Source of the DNA: Octopus vulgaris
Taxonomy: Eukaryota
NCBI GenBank assembly: GCA_951406725.2
Contig: OX597818.1
Span: forward strand, 29,512,001 to 29,576,000
DNA: 64,000 nt
Direction: 5' to 3'
The notes under the pieces were generated by a model. The model searched no databases. It was given only the letters and a program-made list of their open reading frames with translations, and had not been told where the DNA came from. The translations under genes were made by a program, and so were the position numbers. Positions 56,861 to 64,000 of this stretch are shown piece by piece; the first letter of the stretch is position 1; each line of letters begins with the position of its first letter.

Positions 56861-57464
56861 TATGGGCGCTACTCTGTGTCCTCGATGCCATGTTAAAAGG
56901 GGATAAAAAAAGACCAGTCGTTTTTAAATATAAATATTCCATTCTTAATCAATCCTAGTTATCTAATTTGTTTTTAGAAGATTCGCAGGGCAAATGGGAA
57001 ACACAGCAATTTGTTAAATCATTGGTCGAACCTCATTATAAGGATTTTGATTATTGTAAATCTCTATTTTCTTAGTTCAATTAAATTTTGTGAGGTCTTG
57101 GGTGAATATGAATATGCAATTGTTATTAAACCTTTATGGTTTTTTTAATTTCTTTTCACTTGGTCTGAAAAATTTGCAGTTTTTCTTCTGAAACACTATT
57201 ATTAGTTTTAATGACAAAATTAATACTGTTACTTTTAACGTCTTCTATTTGTATTGTTCCCATTTGTTCATTAACATTCCATTTTGCCTTTTCCAACTTC
57301 ATTGAGACAGCATCCCGGCAGCTTGAGAACAAGTGGGATAAAATTCTTCTCATAAAGGAGATATGATTTTACTTTCAGCGAAATTAGTTGGCGCTTCGCA
57401 AAATCGCCCATGATGCTAAAATCTGGGGAAGCCGAGGGGCAACTTAGACAAAATTTCTTAATCC

Positions 57465-57499
<35 letters not shown>

Positions 57500-57750
57500 T
57501 CAATATAGGGTGGCAAAAAAAATTTTGTAGAATTCTTTTGCCACCAGCGGCCTAGTAGGAAAAAATTAAATAGTCATAGACCATTTTTAAGTTCAACAAC
57601 AACAATCAAGGAACGGCCATAATAGGCCATTCACCCACCAACAATCAAGAAGCCATAGGCTACCCACTAGAAATAACAGCCAAAGCTTCAACCGCAAATA
57701 AAAGTTAATTCTGTAAACCAGGAGAAAATTTTAAAAACATTTACCCTGTA

Positions 57751-57857
57751 ATTTCTTATACGATATACCGTTTCATCTGCTGATTAATGGTAAACTAACC
57801 TGATTAAATTAAATCAAGCCAATCTTCCACAGGCCCTCAGATTCTTCAGTAAGAAAT
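57751..57857 (-). ncRNA. Type I hammerhead ribozyme, unit 1
   Basis: Minus: AUUUCUUA-CUGAAGA-AUCUG(...)CAGAU-GAAAC-GGUAUAUC-GUA/UAAGAAAU; 8-bp stem I and an intact core. Confidence 0.9.
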
Positions 57858-58242
57858 AGCCCAAGTCGGAACAGATATTTTCACGAGGCATTTCCGACCT
57901 TGCCAAGTTTATATCTGACCTAAAATTTTCAAATCGTCGCACTCGCGCCAAATTTATCGGCAGCAAATAAATATAAGCCGTCGATTCCATTACGGAATTA
58001 ACCAGAAAATTCATAATTAATCAATATAGGGTGGCAAAAAAAATTTTGTAGAATTCTTTTGCCACCAGCGGCCTAGTAGGAAAAAATTAAATAGTCATAG
58101 ACCATTTTTAAGTTCAACAACAACAATCAAGGAACGGCCATAATAGGCCATTCACCCACTAGAAATAACAGCCAAAGCTTCAACCGCAAATAAAAGTTAA
58201 TTCTGTAAACCAGGAGAAAATTTTAAAAACATTTACCCTGTA

Positions 58243-58349
58243 ATTTCTTATACGATATACCGTTTCATCTGCTGATTAATGGTAAACTAACCTGATTAAA
58301 TTAAATCAAGCCAATCTTCCACAGGCCCTCAGATTCTTCAGTAAGAAAT
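58243..58349 (-). ncRNA. Type I hammerhead ribozyme, unit 2
   Basis: Same motif, +492 bp. Confidence 0.9.
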
Positions 58350-58734
58350 AGCCCAAGTCGGAACAGATATTTTCACGAGGCATTTCCGACCTTGCCAAGT
58401 TTATATCTGACCTAAAATTTTCAAATCGTCGCACTCGCGCCAAATTTATCGGCAGCAAATAAATATAAGCCGTCGATTCCATTACGGAATTAACCAGAAA
58501 ATTCATAATTAATCAATATAGGGTGGCAAAAAAAATTTTGTAGAATTCTTTTGCCACCAGCGGCCTAGTAGGAAAAAATTAAATAGTCATAGACCATTTT
58601 TAAGTTCAACAACAACAATCAAGGAACGGCCATAATAGGCCATTCACCCACTAGAAATAACAGCCAAAGCTTCAACCGCAAATAAAAGTTAATTCTGTAA
58701 ACCAGGAGAAAATTTTAAAAACATTTACCCTGTA

Positions 58735-58841
58735 ATTTCTTATACGATATACCGTTTCATCTGCTGATTAATGGTAAACTAACCTGATTAAATTAAATCA
58801 AGCCAATCTTCCACAGGCCCTCAGATTCTTCAGTAAGAAAT
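58735..58841 (-). ncRNA. Type I hammerhead ribozyme, unit 3
   Basis: Same motif, +984 bp. Confidence 0.9.
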
Positions 58842-59226
58842 AGCCCAAGTCGGAACAGATATTTTCACGAGGCATTTCCGACCTTGCCAAGTTTATATCT
58901 GACCTAAAATTTTCAAATCGTCGCACTCGCGCCAAATTTATCGGCAGCAAATAAATATAAGCCGTCGATTCCATTACGGAATTAACCAGAAAATTCATAA
59001 TTAATCAATATAGGGTGGCAAAAAAAATTTTGTAGAATTCTTTTGCCACCAGCGGCCTAGTAGGAAAAAATTAAATAGTCATAGACCATTTTTAAGTTCA
59101 ACAACAACAATCAAGGAACGGCCATAATAGGCCATTCACCCACTAGAAATAACAGCCAAAGCTTCAACCGCAAATAAAAGTTAATTCTGTAAACCAGGAG
59201 AAAATTTTAAAAACATTTACCCTGTA

Positions 59227-59333
59227 ATTTCTTATACGATATACCGTTTCATCTGCTGATTAATGGTAAACTAACCTGATTAAATTAAATCAAGCCAATC
59301 TTCCACAGGCCCTCAGATTCTTCAGTAAGAAAT
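59227..59333 (-). ncRNA. Type I hammerhead ribozyme, unit 4
   Basis: Same motif, +1476 bp. Confidence 0.9.
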
Positions 59334-59422
59334 AGCCCAAGTCGGAACAGATATTTTCACGAGGCATTTCCGACCTTGCCAAGTTTATATCTGACCTAAA
59401 ATTTTCAAATCGTCGCACTCGC

Positions 59423-59483
<61 letters not shown>

Positions 59484-59494
59484 GTGCATTTGAA

Positions 59495-60474
59495 CGTAGC
59501 AGGGACCAACTGGCCTTTGGCCACTGTTTGAATACCGTGGTGCCCACTACTTTGATTGGTTGGTATTGGCGCAGTTTGTCACCTACTCTGTTGCGCCAAC
59601 TGGTAGCGGATAGCCAACCTTTTTCGAACCCTATTTTGAGCCTACTATTTTCTATAAAAACCCAGCTTTTACCTCAATACACGTCTTTGGTTCCTGACCT
59701 TTAAAAGTCAGGCCGACCATATAGACACAGCTAGTCCCAGCGACGATGCCAGACAACACGCTACCACAGCAGCTACGTTGAGACTCACCATTTTCGTCCA
59801 ACAATATTCGGCAACTTCTATCTCCGTCGCCGCCATCGTCATAACGTCAACATCTCCACGTACACAGCTCGGCAAGCAACTAACCCAGGTTCCAACAGCT
59901 CACTGTTAAGTGAATCATCTCACCACGAATCAACAGCGAACATACAACCTTCTTAAACCCCTGTACCTGTAACCGGCCCAGCATCACAGCCACGACTTCG
60001 CGTGTGACACGTACCTGTAACCGGCTCAGCATCACAGCGACGACTTCACGTACCTGTAACCGGCGCAGTAGCACAGCCATCACTTCTTGATACAGTATTA
60101 CGACCGACTACGAACTGCTATATTATCACCATCTTGTCTACGAACATTCTTTTCACTTCTCTTTATAGACTCTTTCACTGTCTACTTTTTAACATCCTTA
60201 AACGTACACAACACGCGCTCGCATCCATGCCAACACACACATACACGTATAAACTTTCATCTCATTACGGCCTGTCAATTATTTCTGTATACATAACGCA
60301 CACACAGACAGACGTGTTAACATATCAATAAAAGTTCTCTTAAACATTCTTATGCGGTTATGTCTCTCTCCAAGCTAGCATTTATCAGACCCCATTTTAA
60401 CATCCTTTTTATTTTAGCGGCCGTGTGATGTTATGGGGAAGCCATTCTCCTCACCTCATCACATGGTTGCTACA
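59495..60474 (+). mobile_element. Probable solo LTR (~980 bp)
   Basis: Termini cGTAGCA...TGCTACA; TATAAAA near 59654; AATAAA near 60327; internal 3x GTACCTGTAACCGGC minisatellite at 59962-60087. No TSD seen. Confidence 0.55.
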
Positions 60475-60671
60475 CACACACATGTGTGTGTGTGTGTGTG
60501 TATTTTTCCCTTGTTAACAATTAACACGGGAAAAAGTAAATAAATAGATACCAGAGTAGCAAAAAATCACGTAAGTAAAAAGGGTGTAACTCCGGGTTTA
60601 CTTGAAATATTTTGTTTAATATATATAAATAAATAGAGTTAAACGCAAGAGTTATCCAAATTCTTTTACTT

Positions 60672-61356
60672 CTTATATTAACTAAAGGTGTGATTTTACC
60701 AATGTTTACATCGATATGCACGCTCTATATCCGTGTTTACAAGGGGATTTTTAGAAAAAAGTATAAAAAATAGTTCAGAATTACAGAGAAGACAGAATTC
60801 CTTGCCTTTATCATAAGGGATCGAAATTGAGAGAATCAACCAATCTAAATTAAACTGTTTATTGTGGTCTTTTAGATACCAAATTAATTTACTAATCCCT
60901 GTACTGTTACGTTTTATTCCTATCCCTAAATGTAGAGTAATGATTAGACATTCTTTTAGATAAGTAAGAAGATGATCTGCCTGTATAAAAAAAATACATC
61001 ATCACCTGAAGCAATTTTACACTGGTATATAGAATTTTTAATTTTAGAGTTATTTGACATAAACTTGATTCTGTTGTAATTGACTTCAGATACAATAACC
61101 TTGTTAATATTTCTAGGGGGATGGATGGTATTAGCTAAATTAATGTTAGTATTAGTAAATGTATCCCTATTTAACAGGCTAATATTATGTGAAGAGATTT
61201 GTAAGATTTTTTTGAAAGAGATTTTTTTGTGTTGGAAAATCCAATCCTAACCGTGTGTGAATTGATAATAGAGTAATACCTAGAATTCTTTGGAAAATTC
61301 CTTATGGGAGACAAATTAAATCTAATCTTCCTTTGCACTTTAGTGACGCTATTATT
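60672..61356 (-). mobile_element. Penelope-like element GIY-YIG endonuclease remnant
   Basis: Minus: NFPKNSRY..IN; SIYQCKI...FYTG; KRMSNHYSTF; SKLIWYLKD..FNLDWLIL...PY....CLLC.SE......VN...E...CKH. Confidence 0.8.
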
Positions 61357-61990
61357 AGTACAGGGCTTAGTAAATTAATTTGATGTCTAAAAGACCACAA
61401 TAAACAATTTAATTTAGATTAGTTGATTCTCTCAATTTCGATCCCTTATGATAAAGGCAAGGAATTCTGTCTTCTCTGTAATTCTGAACTATTTTTTATT
61501 CTTTTTTCTAAAAATACCCTTGTAAACACGGATATAGAGCGTGCATACCGATGTAACATTGGCAAAAACATACCTTTAGTTCATATAAGTGATATCTATC
61601 ATTATATATAATTTAAACAATAATTTTCTTCTTACAGTTCACATTCACTAGATATATCTTTTTCTAAGACTTTTGGGTTTTATTTAATTTACATATCGTT
61701 ATATACTTCTCATTTATTTGGTTTTTTCCTTCCTTTACACCTCCTCCTTCTACAGGCTACCTTTGACGTTATATCCTCTAACGTTTTTTTTTTTTTAAAC
61801 TTTATAGCGTTCAGTTTATCACTATACATATCCATCATATTCTGTTAAAATATCTTATTGACAAGTTTCATTTCTTCATTTCCCTGAAGAGAAGATTACA
61901 TTGTTTTACACCATTTTATTCCTTTGGAATAATACCAGTGATATCTTCGAAACATGTGTCGGAAGTAAAAGAATTTTAATAGAACCTGCG
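61357..61990 (+). mobile_element. Inverted copy of the Penelope-like 3' end (pLTR-like) ending in a hammerhead
   Basis: 61357-61589 is the reverse complement of 60672-60905; HHR at 61878-61966. Confidence 0.75.
61878..61966 (+). ncRNA. Type I hammerhead ribozyme (intact core)
   Basis: AUUUCC-CUGAAGA-GAAGAU...AUCUUC-GAAAC-AUGU-GUC-GGAAGU. Confidence 0.85.
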
Positions 61991-62549
61991 TGTAACTCCA
62001 TTTATATATGTGTGCGTGTATGTGTGTGTGTGCGTGCGTGTGCGTGCGTGTGCGTGTGCGTGCGTGTGCGCGAATGTGTGTGTGCGTGCGTGTGCGCGAA
62101 TGTGTGTGTGAGAGAGATGACTATCGACTCGCTAAAAGAGTATGACCATGACTGACTAAATAAAGTGTGTCACAGCATTACATGTTGTGAGAGCGACAAT
62201 GGCTCTTGTATCCTGCCAGCGATTCGACTTTCATACAAATTTTTCTCACCTCTTGCTTGTTCCGGACCATTCTGATGATTTTCTCTGTGCATTCTCGGGA
62301 TGCAGCAGGTTCAAGCGCACTCCTTTAAATTTCTGTTGGGTGCAAAATCAAACTTTGCACGCCTACTTACTTTTATCTGGTTTAGAAAACAGTGCATAAA
62401 ATGTGATCTGTAAAAAGTAACTTGAAGTTAGATTTCTTAAAGAACAAAGAACAAAAAAAAACAATAAAACTTGGCAAAAAATATTTTGAACCTGGATTTG
62501 CACCCCCTAAGCAAATTTCGTTCTCGAGACAGTGTTCATGTACTCAGAT

Positions 62550-62810
62550 CAGTGGTTCTGATCTCAACCAGGGTCCACATGTCCCTTGGGGTTCCATATT
62601 AAATTTTTTTTGTTATAAGTTGTGTGCAATAAATTGAATATACTTCTATAATGCACAAAATATTTTAACAATTTTTTTATACAATTTCTAATAATATTTA
62701 ATAATAAAAATAATAAGATTTTTCTTAATCATCGAATAGCTATAAGGATCCATCCGAGTAAAATAGGAATCAAAGTGGGTTCGTAGGCAAAAAATGGTCC
62801 AGAAGAACTG
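62550..62810. mobile_element. hAT-type MITE (degenerate)
   Basis: CAGTGGTTCT..TCAACC left end; ..AGAAGAACTG right end; 8-bp flanks ACTCAGAT / GCCTAGAT. Confidence 0.5.
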
Positions 62811-63353
62811 GCCTAGATAAACCGGAGCCATTTATACACGTGAAGCGAATCGCCTCCGGGGTTCTTAGCCAGAATTCGAAATGCAATCTAGATTTTTCTG
62901 AGTTCCTTCTTATTGTTCTCGGCATTTGCACTAAGAAATGTATGAGAAGCCAGAGTCATATTTAGACAAGTCCTATTATGTAATGTTTAGACAAGTCCTG
63001 AAGATCCTTAGTTTAAATACAATTCAGACCAGATAACGAAAAATCCTTTGTTTAATTGACCCAATTTAAGTAGGAAAATATCATAGATATAGGGTCCAAA
63101 TTCAACTTTTCCTCTTTCACTAGGCACCTCGCCAACGATCATCGCTCTTTCGTCCGCCTGGTACCTGTTGCCTGGCGGAGGGAGCAGCTCTTGCATGTCA
63201 CCGAGAAACAATACAACTTTCACTTGTCAATCCAAAATCACCCTCCTCACTAATCAAGTTTGGCGGGGTACCAATTTCGTCACCGATGAGACTACCATGG
63301 AACACATAGTAAAGTGTGCATGTTCCCAGTAACATTCGCAAGCAACTTGACAT

Positions 63354-63430
<77 letters not shown>

Positions 63431-63479
63431 TACGTTCGTATGTAGGTACAAAATTATTAAACTGGAAATGTCGCACTAA

Positions 63480-64000
63480 AGTCCACCCTGCGTTCTGACC
63501 CACCAGTTGTCCCGAACAGTCGGACAAAGTGTTGTTGAAAGGCCTCACACATCCTTTCGAGCTCGAGTAATTCGCACCCTTGCTAATCTGTCAGAGACCT
63601 AATGGTGGCTGTGTTGCCTCGTTGCGCCTCCGCTACTCGGGCCCCTCAGGTGGCTCCACTCCTTCATTCTTCAGAGCACGCATCCTAGCTCTGACAACTC
63701 ATCCTTCATGTTTGGCATATAACTGTTGGTCGAGAGCCAACCTCGCCGTCAATACGTAAGACGTGATGCCAGTTCTAAATGCCTCCTTTAATTTCTTAAC
63801 TGGGTCTCCCTCTATTCTATTTCGGTCTAATGCTAGAGCCTTACTATACCTAACCGATTCTGCTTTAATTGCTTTCTTTAGGGCATTCCACCATCTATTG
63901 TTGACGATAGCGCCCGTCAATGCTCTTTTAACTAATGTGCTAATCCGGGCCCTGTAAGCCTAGCGTGCCGTGAACGACGCGTTCATCTTCCAGTAACCAG
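63480..64000 (-). mobile_element. Tx1-clade LINE ORF2 linker fragment (continues past the window end)
   Basis: NRWWNALKKAIKAESVRYSK...VVRARMRAL..EG. Confidence 0.7.

Larger units (their letters stand above)
57495..59426 (-). mobile_element. 492-bp tandem array (~3.9 units) with one hammerhead per unit: retrozyme-like element in (TA)n
   Basis: Units start at 57495, 58016, 58508 and 59000 and look identical by eye (unit 1 has +29 bp); (TA)n on both flanks. Confidence 0.9.

Noticed and set aside
57495-59426. CRISPR-like or rDNA-like array
   Set aside because: Units are identical with no spacers, no rRNA similarity is evident, and the context is eukaryotic.
57814-59547. Repeated 66-aa ORF (MNFLVNSVMEST...) in each 492-bp unit
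   Set aside because: Repetition comes from the tandem array; no recognisable domain, and it overlaps the hammerhead.

Overview
Repeat-dominated animal genomic DNA, most likely an octopus/coleoid cephalopod (inferred from the tRNA-derived SINE families, Dong/R4 and Tx1 LINEs and very dense microsatellites). No intact host gene is recognisable. The ORF track is almost entirely microsatellite translations or decayed transposon ORFs: Tx1-like, Dong/R4, RTE, HERO-like and CR1-like LINEs, a Penelope-like GIY-YIG remnant, a Ty3/Gypsy fragment, mariners, Helitrons, MITEs and SINEs. The main unexplained structure is a set of type I hammerhead ribozyme (HHR) motifs. The best case is a near-perfect 492-bp x ~3.9 tandem array (57495-59426) inserted in (TA)n, with an intact minus-strand HHR in every unit, so cleavage would release exact 492-nt monomers (retrozyme-like). 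A second ~356-nt HHR repeat family (672-3270) has been split by a LINE with a visible TSD. Several solo HHRs have long stem-II insertions, and one lies downstream of a Penelope-like GIY-YIG ORF. Also notable: a Tx1 family whose junctions all sit in (GATA)n, a nest of Dong fragments in (TAA)n, and a tentative minus-strand chain of short exons/microexons. All calls were made by eye, without folding or database searches.
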